From an uncultured Methanoregulaceae archaeon (GTDB lineage: Archaea; Halobacteriota; Methanomicrobia; Methanomicrobiales; Methanospirillaceae), in assembly GCA_963841015.1 (NCBI GenBank), contig CAWJAX010000003.1:256001-320000 (forward strand): a stretch of 64,000 bases of DNA. Reading direction: 5' to 3'. Position numbers and translations under genes: made by a program. The notes under the pieces were generated by a model. The model was given only the letters and a program-made list of their open reading frames with translations, was not told the DNA's origin and did not search any database. This document shows, piece after piece, positions 1-10,245 of this stretch (positions are counted from its first letter, which is position 1; every line of letters starts with the position of its first letter).

Positions 1-416
1 ATAATCGCGGGCCGAACCGGGGGTTGAGGAGAACCGAATTCCTGCCCGGCGACCCGAGCCCCCCGGCTGCTGCGACCTGTTTCAGACGCACAACCCCCTG
101 AATTTTTCCATCAGCAATCTTTACCGGAAGATAGAGCGGAACAGGCTTGGCCGTAACCTCTTCTGCTTCCAGGCGACCGGCGAGCCTGACAGCGGTGTTG
201 TCCAGCGCTTCTGCAATCCGGAGCATCCCCCGGGTCTTCTCCTTCGGCGGCATCCGGTATACCGGGACCGGAACTTCCTTCCCGAATACGATCACGGATT
301 GGGCAGCCGGAAAAAATTGTACCTACTGAGGACCTGTCCTCATCTGAGAGGTTATCGAGGCTGACTTCTGAGAAAACGTCGATTCCCTGCTCCTTAAAGA
401 ACACTTTGAGATCCAA
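1..416 (-). CDS. Epoxyqueuosine reductase (QueG)-like Fe-S protein, 5' part; frameshifted near 320 and runs off the window start
   Basis: ORF 111..416 joins, after removing one base near 320, to a frame reading VQFFPAAQSVIVFGKEVP...LKQVAAAGGLGSPGRNSVLLNPRFGPRL, typical of QueG/reductive-dehalogenase-like proteins. Confidence 0.7.
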
Positions 417-730
417 TCCACTACTCCTCTTTGACCTGGTTTTTTAATGAGTTACTATAGATGGAATTACTTCACCTATATTCCCTTTTCTTTGTCTGTA
501 GAGGGATGGAGGCAGGGAGGTTTGAACAGTGAGTGATACGGGACGAGAGGAAGAGTCACAACCCAGACGGAGAACCGGGAATCCGGATTGGTTCGGTTCC
601 GATGGGGGAGAACCGGAAACGGACGCCAGAACAGCAGGATGAACGTGAGCAGCCCGGACTGTTTTTTAGCAAAACCTAAAAAACCCAAATAAAAAGATCT
701 ATTATCAATTCTCTCACACCTCACTATTAC

Positions 731-976
731 ATGTTTAGCTCCAGCAAACCCGTTGTAGAGAATACCGAAGAGAACCGGCAGATCTGCAGGAAGTACTGCA
801 CGATATGCCAGAACTACAAGCGTCATTCCCTCGAAAAATACCAGCCCACCGAACTCTTCTGCGGATGCGGGACGTCCTCGGCACCGTCAATGAAAGAGAT
901 AGGCTGCTTCTGCCCGGCCTGCGAGCTCTTCTCGAAGCACCATCTCCGCGGCGGGTACTTCTGCGTCAGGCACTAG
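731..976 (+). CDS. DUF2769-type small Cys-rich protein
   Basis: VENTEENRQIC..CxxC..LFCxxG..GCFCPAC..YFC pattern, 81 aa. Confidence 0.75.
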   Translation: MFSSSKPVVENTEENRQICRKYCTICQNYKRHSLEKYQPTELFCGCGTSSAPSMKEIGCFCPACELFSKHHLRGGYFCVRH

Positions 977-1068
977 ACCCTATCCTGCCAATCAAACCAC
1001 ACGGACAAAAATGGGGAGAGAAGGGGGGCGGGGGTACGCACGGTTATCTGGCCTGGGGGATCTCTTCC

Positions 1069-1857
1069 CTAATGTCCCTTAAGGTCCTCAATTCTGACCG
1101 AAGGATTATGGTATCGCTGCCGGGCAGCAGTGCGGGAACCTGCCTGGATTGCTTCTGTCGGACAGAGGTGAATACACCCGCAGCAGAGTTCGCAGCGGTG
1201 TTTCCAGACAGGTTTTCTATCAATGATCTCGATGTTTCCCGCCGGGCAAATGGCTGCACAGGTGCCGCATGACGTACATTTCTCATTCACCGAGAATTTA
1301 CGGTCATCCTCATGGACGTGGGATGCAAACCTCGGGTAGGCTATTGAATGCAGTATACCGGACAGGAGTGAGGAGGGCAATGGAAGGATGTCATTCCGGT
1401 TGATTGCAGCTGCACTGTCCGCAATCTGTGTTTCGGCAGCCGCAAGAATTCTTTGCTGCTTCTCTCCTGTTGGGGATCCGTACATCAGGATATAATTACC
1501 AGGCATTTTAACCATGAACCCCGCATCCAGTCCATGGCCCCGCCGTTTCTTTACAATGCTGTCAAGTTGCTGTAATGCTGGTGCCGCCCCCGAACCTCCA
1601 AAAGTGACAATGGAGAAAACATATTTTGCTTTCGAGAGATCGAGGCGCCCGGCAAATTCAGCTACCATGACCGGCAGACCGGCAAAGTATACCGGATTTA
1701 TTATGCCAACCCGGTCAGCGGCAGGGATTATGTCTGCGGTTGTAGACCGCAGCGAAGCAATGGGTACAAGATCACAGTCTCCCAGGATTGCTGCTATCTT
1801 TTTTGCAACGGCAAGCGAGTTGCCGGTGCCCGTAAAATAATAGATGAGGGTCTTCAT
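1069..1857 (-). CDS. EFR1-family flavodoxin-ferredoxin fusion
   Basis: N-terminal YYFTGTGNS flavodoxin motif; two C-terminal 4Fe-4S motifs (CTSCGTCAAICP, CELCCGCIHLCP). Confidence 0.9.
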   Translation of the reverse strand: MKTLIYYFTGTGNSLAVAKKIAAILGDCDLVPIASLRSTTADIIPAADRVGIINPVYFAGLPVMVAEFAGRLDLSKAKYVFSIVTFGGSGAAPALQQLDSIVKKRRGHGLDAGFMVKMPGNYILMYGSPTGEKQQRILAAAETQIADSAAAINRNDILPLPSSLLSGILHSIAYPRFASHVHEDDRKFSVNEKCTSCGTCAAICPAGNIEIIDRKPVWKHRCELCCGCIHLCPTEAIQAGSRTAARQRYHNPSVRIEDLKGH

Positions 1858-2106
1858 AGTAATCTTCCGTGAGAGGGTTCAAAGAACATCCGTGTCATTG
1901 TCAGGGACAGGTGACAGGGAGTCATTCCCAGGACAGGATGTCCTGTAGCCTGAATTCCGGTACAAACGGGTTCGGTGTAATTGTATACTTCGTATTTTCC
2001 TTGCAGAGAATTATAGATTAAGGTCCGGTTTGACCGCGGGAAGTAATCTGCTTCTTTTCTGCTTTCTTTTTGACCTGAACCTGTGACTACCAGATTTCTT
2101 TACCGT

Positions 2107-2475
2107 TTACCGTGCCTGAGCATCCTCTTCCCAGAGCCCGAACAAGTTACCCTCGGTGTCCATGCAGGTTGCAAGGAATCCCATGCCGGGAACTGCCATC
2201 TTTTCCGAAAGGACTTTTCCCCCGAGGCTCTTAACCTGTTTCATCGCGGCGTCAATGGAGGGAACCCCGAAATAATTCATGATGCGCTGCGACGCATCCA
2301 TCCGTTTTCCCATACCACCTCCGACTCCGGGGGTTCCATCCAGGTTGGTCGTGGTAAAGAGATTGTACTGCATCTCGGGTAAGGATTCGAATTTCCATCC
2401 GAAAAGCGCGGAATAAAAGTTCTTCGCTCTCTCAACATCATCTGTTGGGACGTCAAAATGAACAATTGCCGGCAT
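2107..2475 (-). CDS. VOC/glyoxalase family protein
   Basis: IVHFDVP..ERAKNFYSALFGW..YFGVPSID..DTEGNLFGLWE. Confidence 0.9.
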   Translation of the reverse strand: MPAIVHFDVPTDDVERAKNFYSALFGWKFESLPEMQYNLFTTTNLDGTPGVGGGMGKRMDASQRIMNYFGVPSIDAAMKQVKSLGGKVLSEKMAVPGMGFLATCMDTEGNLFGLWEEDAQAR

Positions 2476-2780
2476 CAGATATTCACGAATCCTCTTTTGG
2501 TTAAAAGAGAATAAAAACTTTTATTTCGACGGTAGGAAAAAAAGATCTGTTATTGTATATCAGGCAATAACCGCCCCGGTCATGCCCGGCGGGTCCATGC
2601 GGATGCTGAATAAAGGGAGTGATTTGATGAAGATCCGGGATTTGATCCACTCCATAAACAATTCATACTATTTCGCGCTCTAGATGAAAAAACAAAATTT
2701 TATTGCAGGTGAGTTGTGAAAGATTTCCTGGAATAAAACCATGGGGTTTTCGGATTGACCGTTGTATTCCGTCGTGAAAC

Positions 2781-3488
2781 ATGACCCACTACCTGATAGA
2801 TATCCGCCTTATGGGTTCCATAAAGCACCAGATTCGCAATTTAAGCAATCATTTGGAGGAGAGATTTAATCTCGGGAACAAACGGGTTATCCCGCATATC
2901 ACCCTGGCCGGACCTTTTTCAACGACCGATGAACAAAAACTCATTGAAGATTTTACCAGCATATGTACGAACCAGAAAGTGATTCCAAAATATGAGGTAG
3001 GAGGTTACGGATTTTTTGATGATTCGAAAGTTGTTTTTGTCACTATTACTCCCGACGAGAACCTGAAACAATTCCGCTATCAGCTGTCCCGTGCACTCCT
3101 GCCGTATTGCTCATTGCGGAACTATGATCTGGTTTCTGCTGATGAATTCAGGTTCCATGCTACGCTGGCCATGAAACTTGACTGGCTCACCTTCCGGAGA
3201 ATAAAATGGTATTTCCGACACCAGGAACGTGTCACCTACCGGCACCATCCTATACGGGCAACATTGCTCCGGAACACAAAAATTCTCTGCGAGTATGATT
3301 TTATCCAGGAACGGATGCTGAGCCGGGCACAGGCACTGAGCAGGGCGACTATGAAGCGTGATTTTGATATTCTCAAGGTGTGGGATGATGGAAGCTGGGA
3401 ATCAGGATACCATCAGACATGCAGTAGTGTTAATCCGGAATCCAAAAAAGTCAACCCGTGGAAAAGCAGGAATAACGATGGAACATGA
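2781..3488 (+). CDS. 2H phosphoesterase (2'-5' RNA ligase family) protein
   Basis: Two HxT motifs, PHITL and FHATL. Confidence 0.85.
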   Translation: MTHYLIDIRLMGSIKHQIRNLSNHLEERFNLGNKRVIPHITLAGPFSTTDEQKLIEDFTSICTNQKVIPKYEVGGYGFFDDSKVVFVTITPDENLKQFRYQLSRALLPYCSLRNYDLVSADEFRFHATLAMKLDWLTFRRIKWYFRHQERVTYRHHPIRATLLRNTKILCEYDFIQERMLSRAQALSRATMKRDFDILKVWDDGSWESGYHQTCSSVNPESKKVNPWKSRNNDGT

Positions 3489-3625
3489 CATCAAAACCTG
3501 ATACAGCGATGTACAGATAATTGAAAGAAGAAAAAGCAGAAGAAAAAAAGGCAGCCGGGAATACCAATCACTACACCAGTCTCGAAACATACATGAGGTT
3601 CTGCACCGAATGAACTATTGTTTTC

Positions 3626-3874
3626 ATGAGACTAAAGAAAGGGAGTGAAGCAACAATGAAAATTCAAGAGATCCATATGAAAATAATCGCAATCGGCCTT
3701 ATTCCTCTATTCCTTATACTCGCCATCGCATTGCCAGACTCCACCTCCAAAACCATCCTGCTGGGGGGTATAATGATCACCGCGCTTGTGGTGTCGTACA
3801 TAGGAATGTCAATGGCAAAGAAGGAAGCAAAGGAACCTGATGACCTGCTGGCAATCCCGCCAAAGAAATCATGA
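3626..3874 (+). CDS. Small two-TM membrane protein (start may be a downstream ATG)
   Basis: Two hydrophobic helices and a charged tail. Confidence 0.55.
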   Translation: MRLKKGSEATMKIQEIHMKIIAIGLIPLFLILAIALPDSTSKTILLGGIMITALVVSYIGMSMAKKEAKEPDDLLAIPPKKS

Positions 3875-4126
3875 TGTTCTTTCATCGTTAATCCCGGTAA
3901 ACAAAATCCACGGTTATGGAATTAACCGGAAAAACATGCACCTTTTCTCCCAATACTCTCCGTCGGAGACTTTTCATCATGAATGATTTCCACATCACAG
4001 AACAGCACTAATTTGTGAAAAAACAACACTATTAATTCAGGAATACTTCATTCTGGTGCTCATTTGGCTTATCCGGGGCTGAATCGACGCAGAAAATCAC
4101 CGCTAACAGCACCTATCTGGAGGGCA

Positions 4127-4207
4127 AAACTCATGATGGCTGGGGGGTAGCACGGTCAAAACCAAAGGAACACCTTTATTGAGGCCAAGATCGGGATATT
4201 GTCCGAC
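4127..4207 (+). repeat. Degenerate intergenic repeat, copy 1 (partner at 11684-11765)
   Basis: Shared blocks AAACTCATGA, TCAAA-nnn-AAAGGAA and GGC-n-AAGATCGGGA in the same order and near-identical spacing. Confidence 0.6.
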
Positions 4208-4233
4208 AATAAAACCCGGACTTCCCACCTGAT

Positions 4234-4707
4234 TTATGCTGAATTCTGTCCTGTTTCCTCATCTTTGAGAAAAACCGTCCGCCACGATACCCTTCCTTCC
4301 TCAACCGCTTTTTTGATCAACCCCTCCTCTCGTGTGAGCTTCCCCTTCCCCTTCTTCACTTCCACCAGCACGACACTGATTGTATCTCCCTTCTCGTCTT
4401 TTACCCGGGTGTACCCGTCAAACACAACAAAATCTATAGGGTTCCCGATGAACCGGGCATCAGCAGGAGCAAACGGAAACTCTGGCAAAAGAGGGGCCAT
4501 CTGTTCGGAGATCCTGCCCTTCAGCGTTGAACGCGAGCGGTTGACCGAGTCCTTCCGGATATCGCTCGTGCATTCGAGCTTCCAGCGTTCGAGATCGTTT
4601 CGAGCCCGCCCTTCGATGGCGCTGATCTGCTGGCGGAAGAAGAGGTACGCGGCAATGATGCCGAGGATAAAGGCAATGGCCGGGATTATGAGGTCGGTGG
4701 GGGTCAT
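4234..4707 (-). CDS. Membrane-anchored Holliday junction resolvase-like endonuclease (Endonuc_Holl type)
   Basis: N-terminal TM; LKGRISEQMAP, DARFIGNPIDFVVFDG, LVEVKKG (PD-(D/E)XK). Confidence 0.85.
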   Translation of the reverse strand: MTPTDLIIPAIAFILGIIAAYLFFRQQISAIEGRARNDLERWKLECTSDIRKDSVNRSRSTLKGRISEQMAPLLPEFPFAPADARFIGNPIDFVVFDGYTRVKDEKGDTISVVLVEVKKGKGKLTREEGLIKKAVEEGRVSWRTVFLKDEETGQNSA

Positions 4708-4953
4708 TCTGATAGGGGATTGAGCGTGGAGGAGATATAGGTAAGGAGGAGGGGGTGAAAATAAACAAAGGAGCGGTGTTTACTTTAAAAAATCCAAATT
4801 CCATTCGTGAAAAATCTGACAAACCTTTTTTTAAAAAATTGCCTGGTAGAGTGATTAAATACCCTCAGGATGAGATACCCTATTTGCTGAAAATCTTAAA
4901 TTAGTCTCTGACATTATTGTACCCCGCTGCAAAATATCACCTGTGAAGATCGT

Positions 4954-5895
4954 ATGAAGAAAATGGTTAACGACAGAACTAACTATCCTTCTTATATTTC
5001 TCTCAATGAATCCGGTGAGCTCGAAGAAAGAATTCACCGTGCATACGCACTTTTGGAGTCCTGCACGGTCTGCCCCCGGAAATGCAGGGTTAACCGCCTC
5101 GAAGATGAACGGGGTTTTTGCCGGACAGGTCTCCTTCCGGGGATATCCAGCTTCGGACCTCATTTTGGCGAGGAACCTCCTCTTGTCGGGACGAACGGAT
5201 CCGGCACTATCTTTGTAACCCATTGTAACCTGTCCTGTGAATACTGCCAGAATTACGATATCAGCCAGTGCGGGAACGGTGAAACCGTATCCTGCGAAAC
5301 ACTTGCCGGCATGATGATCACCCTTCAGGAGAGGAATTGTCACAATATCAACCTGGTCACCCCGTCGCATATCGTTCCCCAGATTATCAGGAGTATTGAT
5401 ATTGCCGCTGATCAGGGACTCCATATTCCCATCGTCTACAATTGCGGGGGGTATGAGTCGGTAGAAACACTTCGCCTTCTTGAAGGAATTATTGACATCT
5501 ATATGCCCGACGCAAAATACGGTGACGATACTATAGCGATGGCTCTCTCCCATGCCCCGGACTATGTACCAATCATGCACGCCGCACTCAAAGAGATGCA
5601 CCGCCAGGTGGGTGATCTGGTAGTAACCAATGGTGTGGCAGTGCGTGGCATGATCATACGGCACCTGGTGCTACCGGAAAATCTCGCAGGCAGTGACCGG
5701 GTGCTTCCCTGGATTGCAGAAAATATATCCCGCGATGCGTACGTGAATATCATGAACCAGTATCACCCTGCATGGCATGCGGGTAGTATGAAGGTGTCAT
5801 CACCGTACCGCTCCCTTGGCCGCAGGCTAAACCCTGATGAATACCTCTTTGCAATAACCTGTGCTCTGGACAGCGGTCTGCACCGTGGTTTTTAA
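4954..5895 (+). CDS. Radical SAM protein, PflX family
   Basis: CTVCPRKC, PHFGEEPPLVG, CNLSCEYCQN, IRHLVLP. Confidence 0.9.
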   Translation: MKKMVNDRTNYPSYISLNESGELEERIHRAYALLESCTVCPRKCRVNRLEDERGFCRTGLLPGISSFGPHFGEEPPLVGTNGSGTIFVTHCNLSCEYCQNYDISQCGNGETVSCETLAGMMITLQERNCHNINLVTPSHIVPQIIRSIDIAADQGLHIPIVYNCGGYESVETLRLLEGIIDIYMPDAKYGDDTIAMALSHAPDYVPIMHAALKEMHRQVGDLVVTNGVAVRGMIIRHLVLPENLAGSDRVLPWIAENISRDAYVNIMNQYHPAWHAGSMKVSSPYRSLGRRLNPDEYLFAITCALDSGLHRGF

Positions 5896-5931
5896 GTAAG
5901 AAGCATTTCTTCCTTTTCTTGATAGCATTCA

Positions 5932-5997
5932 TGCATTCGAGTTTTTAGCGTTCGAGATTGTTTCGTGCCCGCCCTTTGATTACGCTGATCTGCTGGC
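5932..5997 (-). pseudogene. 66-bp remnant of the resolvase-like gene (matches 4569-4634)
   Basis: Ungapped alignment with about 8 mismatches in 66 nt by manual count. Confidence 0.8.
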
Positions 5998-6014
5998 CAA
6001 CAAAAACAAAAAAA

Positions 6015-6434
6015 TTAATCAATGTTCCAGTATGCAAGTTTGATGCTATTGGAGACGTTCCCAAAATCATAATATACCGCTAAATTTTTTGCCGTTAAGG
6101 GAACCTCAAAATCGATTGTCCCGCTTATACTTTGATTTTTGTCGAGGTCAGTCAGATAACTCAAGCTGGCATTACTGGTTCCCTTATGAATTTTGGGGTC
6201 AAATCTGTTGCCTTCAGAATCCCTGATACTGAAATCCCCTCCTGATACCGTTATTGTGTCGGGGCCGATATTTTTCACACTGGTACTGACAAAGACGAAT
6301 GTATATCCAGTCTTAGCATATTCAACCTGCATAACCGCAGGACCCCCGTATTTATACGCAATCCCTTTTGAAGCTGAATTTACCGTTACCTGTCTTTCAG
6401 AGTTCTGGGCAGTGCCAGGCAGAGGTACCTTCAC
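6015..6434 (-). CDS. DUF4352-like (Ig-fold, MPT63-like) domain; possibly the C-terminus of 6431..7531
   Basis: FVFVSTSVKNIG..DFSIRDSEGNRF..SGTIDFEVP..VYYD; no signal peptide of its own. Confidence 0.65.
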   Translation of the reverse strand: MKVPLPGTAQNSERQVTVNSASKGIAYKYGGPAVMQVEYAKTGYTFVFVSTSVKNIGPDTITVSGGDFSIRDSEGNRFDPKIHKGTSNASLSYLTDLDKNQSISGTIDFEVPLTAKNLAVYYDFGNVSNSIKLAYWNID

Positions 6435-7531
6435 GGGTGAGGAACGACCGATGGTGCAGGAGGAATTACGCTAAACCTCGTCCAGCCTTCATCGAGTAAC
6501 GGCTGCATGTCGCTCGCATTCACGGTGAGTCCGAAACGGTACGTCTCCCGGCAGACATCACAGGCCTGGCAGCTGACCGTGCCGAGCTGGATCTTCTTTA
6601 CGTCCCTGACATTGATGCTGTAGACGGATGAGTAGTAGTGTTTTATTATTTCCTCATCGGTCGGCGCCCGTATGTATACTCTTCCGGAGTTCTCTTCCCA
6701 GACCTGCCATGGCGTCTTCTCGCACATCTTTGGCTGGTATGAGAGGGATTGTTCAGATCCGACCATGAACTGGCCCATCTCGTCCCATTTCTCATCTATG
6801 ATCGCTGAATCCACGGTGCTGTCAATTATCGTGATCTTTATCGTATGGTCCGTGATTACCGGGGCAGTCACCTTTCCTGACCTGTCACCGTAACCTGAGT
6901 GGCTGCTCGTGAATGTGTAGGTGAGTACGTGCCGGACAGGGTATGACTCCTGCTGGATATAATTAACAAAACCGAGGCCGGAACCGTCATACGTGTAGGT
7001 CGGCGCTTCCCGTATCCAGGACTCTGCGAGATCCTTTACCTGGCTCTCGTCAAGCATTCTGGTGAATTCTACGGTCTCCTGGAGTTTCTCACGTATTCTT
7101 ATAAGGCCTGACGGCATGTAGTCGTTGACATTGTAGGTCGTTACGGTCTTTGTCTTCCCGTTCGCCGTGAATGTTATATCCGTGAAGCCAACGTCGGTCA
7201 CGTAGTTCTGGGCTTCGTCATACCGGTCTCCGTAGGAGGCGAAGTTGTTGTCTATAAACACCTTCACGATAGCATTGAACTGCTCCTTTGTCAGGTTCTT
7301 TTCGAATCGCTCGGTGATATTACCGTCCGCTGAATAAACGGTCAGAGTCGACGTGTCATTTGTCACCACCAGCTCCTGTATAGCGTGTGTCGGCATGACG
7401 AATCCACCGTAGAACCTGTACTTGATCACGATGTTCCCGGAGTTGGGTTCCTGGATCTGCGTGCATGCAGCGATCATCACCACCGCGATGAGCAGCACCG
7501 CGAATATTCCCATTATTTCAGTTTTTTTCAT
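6431..7531 (-). CDS. Secreted multidomain lipoprotein of unknown function
   Basis: Signal peptide with lipobox-like IAAC; C-terminal Cys cluster (CEKTPW, CQACDVC). Confidence 0.8.
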   Translation of the reverse strand: MKKTEIMGIFAVLLIAVVMIAACTQIQEPNSGNIVIKYRFYGGFVMPTHAIQELVVTNDTSTLTVYSADGNITERFEKNLTKEQFNAIVKVFIDNNFASYGDRYDEAQNYVTDVGFTDITFTANGKTKTVTTYNVNDYMPSGLIRIREKLQETVEFTRMLDESQVKDLAESWIREAPTYTYDGSGLGFVNYIQQESYPVRHVLTYTFTSSHSGYGDRSGKVTAPVITDHTIKITIIDSTVDSAIIDEKWDEMGQFMVGSEQSLSYQPKMCEKTPWQVWEENSGRVYIRAPTDEEIIKHYYSSVYSINVRDVKKIQLGTVSCQACDVCRETYRFGLTVNASDMQPLLDEGWTRFSVIPPAPSVVPHP

Positions 7532-7737
7532 TTTTTTTCACGCTTCGTTGACAGATTATTTTCGGTATGTATTGTAATCGCGGAGTTATTTTATAAATCC
7601 TCTTTTGGGAACAATGTGAATGGCATCATCTGTCTATAATTCCCTGTTTCGTATTTTTCCACTAACGCAAGAAACGCAACCCAAGACCATTAGGATTTTG
7701 CAGAATATTCAAACGCAATTACCACCGATATATCTTC

Positions 7738-8190
7738 ATGGATTTGTCGATAGACCAGAATATGCAGGAAGCAATCGTCGAAGCACGAAAAGGACTTGCC
7801 GAAGGGGGTATTCCTATTGGCTCAGTGCTGGTGATTGATGGCAAAATTGTTAGTCGGGGACATAATCGCCGGGTGCAGCAAGGAAGTGCGATTTTACATG
7901 CTGAGATGGATTGCCTCGAAAACGCCGGGCGACTCAAAGCGAACGATTATCAAAAAGCGATCCTGTATTCTACCCTCTCACCCTGTGATATGTGCAGTGG
8001 TACAGTCCTGCTGTACAAAATCCCAAAAATAGTAATCGGGGAAAATACAACGTTCCAGGGACCCGAGGACTATATGCGTTCCCGGGGTGTGGAACTGGTA
8101 ATTCTGAATAACGAGGAATGTAAACAGATAATGCGTGATTTCATTTCCGCGAAACCAGAGTTGTGGAATGAAGATATCGGAGAAGAGTAA
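7738..8190 (+). CDS. Cytosine deaminase-like nucleoside deaminase
   Basis: HAE and PCDMC zinc motifs; EGGIPIG; WNEDIG C-terminus. Confidence 0.9.
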   Translation: MDLSIDQNMQEAIVEARKGLAEGGIPIGSVLVIDGKIVSRGHNRRVQQGSAILHAEMDCLENAGRLKANDYQKAILYSTLSPCDMCSGTVLLYKIPKIVIGENTTFQGPEDYMRSRGVELVILNNEECKQIMRDFISAKPELWNEDIGEE

Positions 8191-8248
8191 GGTATATTTC
8201 ACCAGGTAGTACCCGCCATTCAGATATTCAAAGTGACAGGGAGATGGC

Positions 8249-8367
8249 GGGCAGGATTTAATCGCTAAAAAACCAATGGGATCGTTGTGCCCCTGAAGGC
8301 AATTGTTGAGGGAGAAACAATCATCGGCCCCGAACTGTCCAAGGAAGAATGGACAATCCTGAATTAG
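8249..8367 (+). pseudogene. Duplicated promoter and first 25 codons of the CoiA-like gene (direct repeat of 10208-10322), ending at TAG
   Basis: GTG at 8287 gives MPLKAIVEGETIIGPELSKEEWTILN*, versus MPLKAIVEGEPIIGPDLSSEEWTILK at 10246; the upstream GGGCAGGATTTAATCG is also shared. Confidence 0.9.
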
Positions 8368-8376
8368 GAGGGTGAA

Positions 8377-10029
8377 TTATCTCCTTTCATAATTTTTGAA
8401 TTTTTCATATGCTGATATTTGTGATTTTGTGAGGGACGATTGCGTTTTTTCAATAATATATTTCAGCATTTCTTGATTGATCTCAGAATAACCTTCACTA
8501 AAAGCGGTCCTTGCTGCATTATTGACAACCAATGCGATATCCGAGCTGGCATAATTTTCAGTAAGGCCTGCCAGTTCGGCCATATCGATATCTTTGGATA
8601 TTGCCCGACCTTCGAGTTGTTTGTTAAAGAGATCTTTTCTGGCGTCTAAATCAGGGGGTCTGATGTATATTCGCTTATCCATCCTTCCGGAACGTAAAAT
8701 CGCATCATCAATCATATCTGGTTTATTCGTTGCACCTATTACCAGAACTTCATTTTCACTTGCATTATTCATCTGGTTCAAGAATTCGGTAATTTCTTCC
8801 TGCTTCCATTGTTCGGATCCCAACGATTCCCGTTTTGGGACAAGAGCATCGATTTCGTCAAAAAACAAAATTGTCGGTGCATTATTTTTCGCCTCCTCAA
8901 AGATTTTTGCGATATTGCCAGATGTTTCGTGTGCCCATTTCGAACCAACATCCGAAGCGGAGAACTCCTTATAATGATATCCAATCTCTTCAGCCAGTTT
9001 CCGGACAATGAATGTCTTTCCACATCCCGGAGGACCAAAAAACAAAAAGCCGTTGGGAATACTTACACCAAATTTTTTTGCTTCATCCTTGCGTCTTAAT
9101 GGCTCAATGATATCTTTTGTCAGATCATTTTTTATTTCGTTCATTCCTGCGACGCTGGCAAAACCTTTTAGTGTTGTGTCTTTTTTCATTTCCAGAGGCT
9201 TCTTGAAAACTTTTTTATCGGTTTTTTTATGTATTGGCTGATCCGGTTTCTCGGGGGAATTGAAATTATAAGGGGGGGGTAACTCATTCGTTTTTTTGGG
9301 TTTTTGTGATTGACTATGCTTTGGAGTTATTTTTGATTTTTCTGATTCTGCAGGATCGGAATTTATACCCGCCATTACCCCTTCTTTTCCCTGAATTGCA
9401 TCCAAATTTGTGTCATCGATTTCCAGAGCCGTATCAAAAGCTTCGAGTGCTTCCGCAAAATTTTCTGATGATTGAAGTATCTTACCCTTTCCAACCCAGG
9501 CATCAGCATTATTCCATTCCAGATTGATTGCTGTTTCAAATGCATCAAAGGCTTCATCATAATTTCCCATTTCCAGAAGGGCGTTCCCTTTCAATGCCCA
9601 GATTCCATCCATGGAATCATCTATTTCAAGTATCGTATCAAAGGATTTTAAAGCTCGACGATATTTTTGTAATTTCAATAAACATATTCCCTTGTAAATT
9701 TCCAAATTAATGAAATTTTGAGACTTGATATCATCAATATCTATACTAAATGCGTCGAAAAATGTTTCCGCACTTTGAATGATAGTCATCAGGTTTTCTA
9801 CTTCACTAAGACCTTGTTGTGGATTTTCTTCTTGAAGCAGATGCTCTAAATATTTCAATGAAAGTTCATTACATTTATCGTACAAAGGAGCGATTTTTGA
9901 AAAATATTGTCGGGCCCGATCATTATAACCGGATTCTAGAGCATTATTGCAATCCTCTTTAGCGACAGTAAGACGGTCGATCACATTATTCAATTGCTTT
10001 AAGGTACTATCCAAATCATTTTTTTTCAT
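8377..10029 (-). CDS. TPR-repeat AAA+ ATPase (single CDC48-like module)
   Basis: About 3 TPRs; Walker A GPPGCGKT; Walker B FFDEID; SRH GATNKPDMIDDAILRSGRMD; visibly AT-richer than its neighbours. Confidence 0.9.
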   Translation of the reverse strand: MKKNDLDSTLKQLNNVIDRLTVAKEDCNNALESGYNDRARQYFSKIAPLYDKCNELSLKYLEHLLQEENPQQGLSEVENLMTIIQSAETFFDAFSIDIDDIKSQNFINLEIYKGICLLKLQKYRRALKSFDTILEIDDSMDGIWALKGNALLEMGNYDEAFDAFETAINLEWNNADAWVGKGKILQSSENFAEALEAFDTALEIDDTNLDAIQGKEGVMAGINSDPAESEKSKITPKHSQSQKPKKTNELPPPYNFNSPEKPDQPIHKKTDKKVFKKPLEMKKDTTLKGFASVAGMNEIKNDLTKDIIEPLRRKDEAKKFGVSIPNGFLFFGPPGCGKTFIVRKLAEEIGYHYKEFSASDVGSKWAHETSGNIAKIFEEAKNNAPTILFFDEIDALVPKRESLGSEQWKQEEITEFLNQMNNASENEVLVIGATNKPDMIDDAILRSGRMDKRIYIRPPDLDARKDLFNKQLEGRAISKDIDMAELAGLTENYASSDIALVVNNAARTAFSEGYSEINQEMLKYIIEKTQSSLTKSQISAYEKFKNYERR

Positions 10030-10245
10030 AATTTTTCTTTCAAGTATACCTTCGATTGGGTTTAATATAAGGTTTTCAATTTATTCCAGAATTGTAAATA
10101 ATTGAAGGAAGATAAATTTTCATGTCTGGCGTTACCATCGAATTCACAGAAAATCCTTATGGTTCTTCTCTCTCATATCAATTGACTTTCCGGATTTGGA
10201 TATTTCCGGGCAGGATTTAATCGATAAAAAACAAATGACATCATT

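Noticed and set aside
7738-8190. Deaminase as an anti-phage dCTP deaminase
   Set aside because: It is a short single-domain cytosine-deaminase type with no kinase-like domain.
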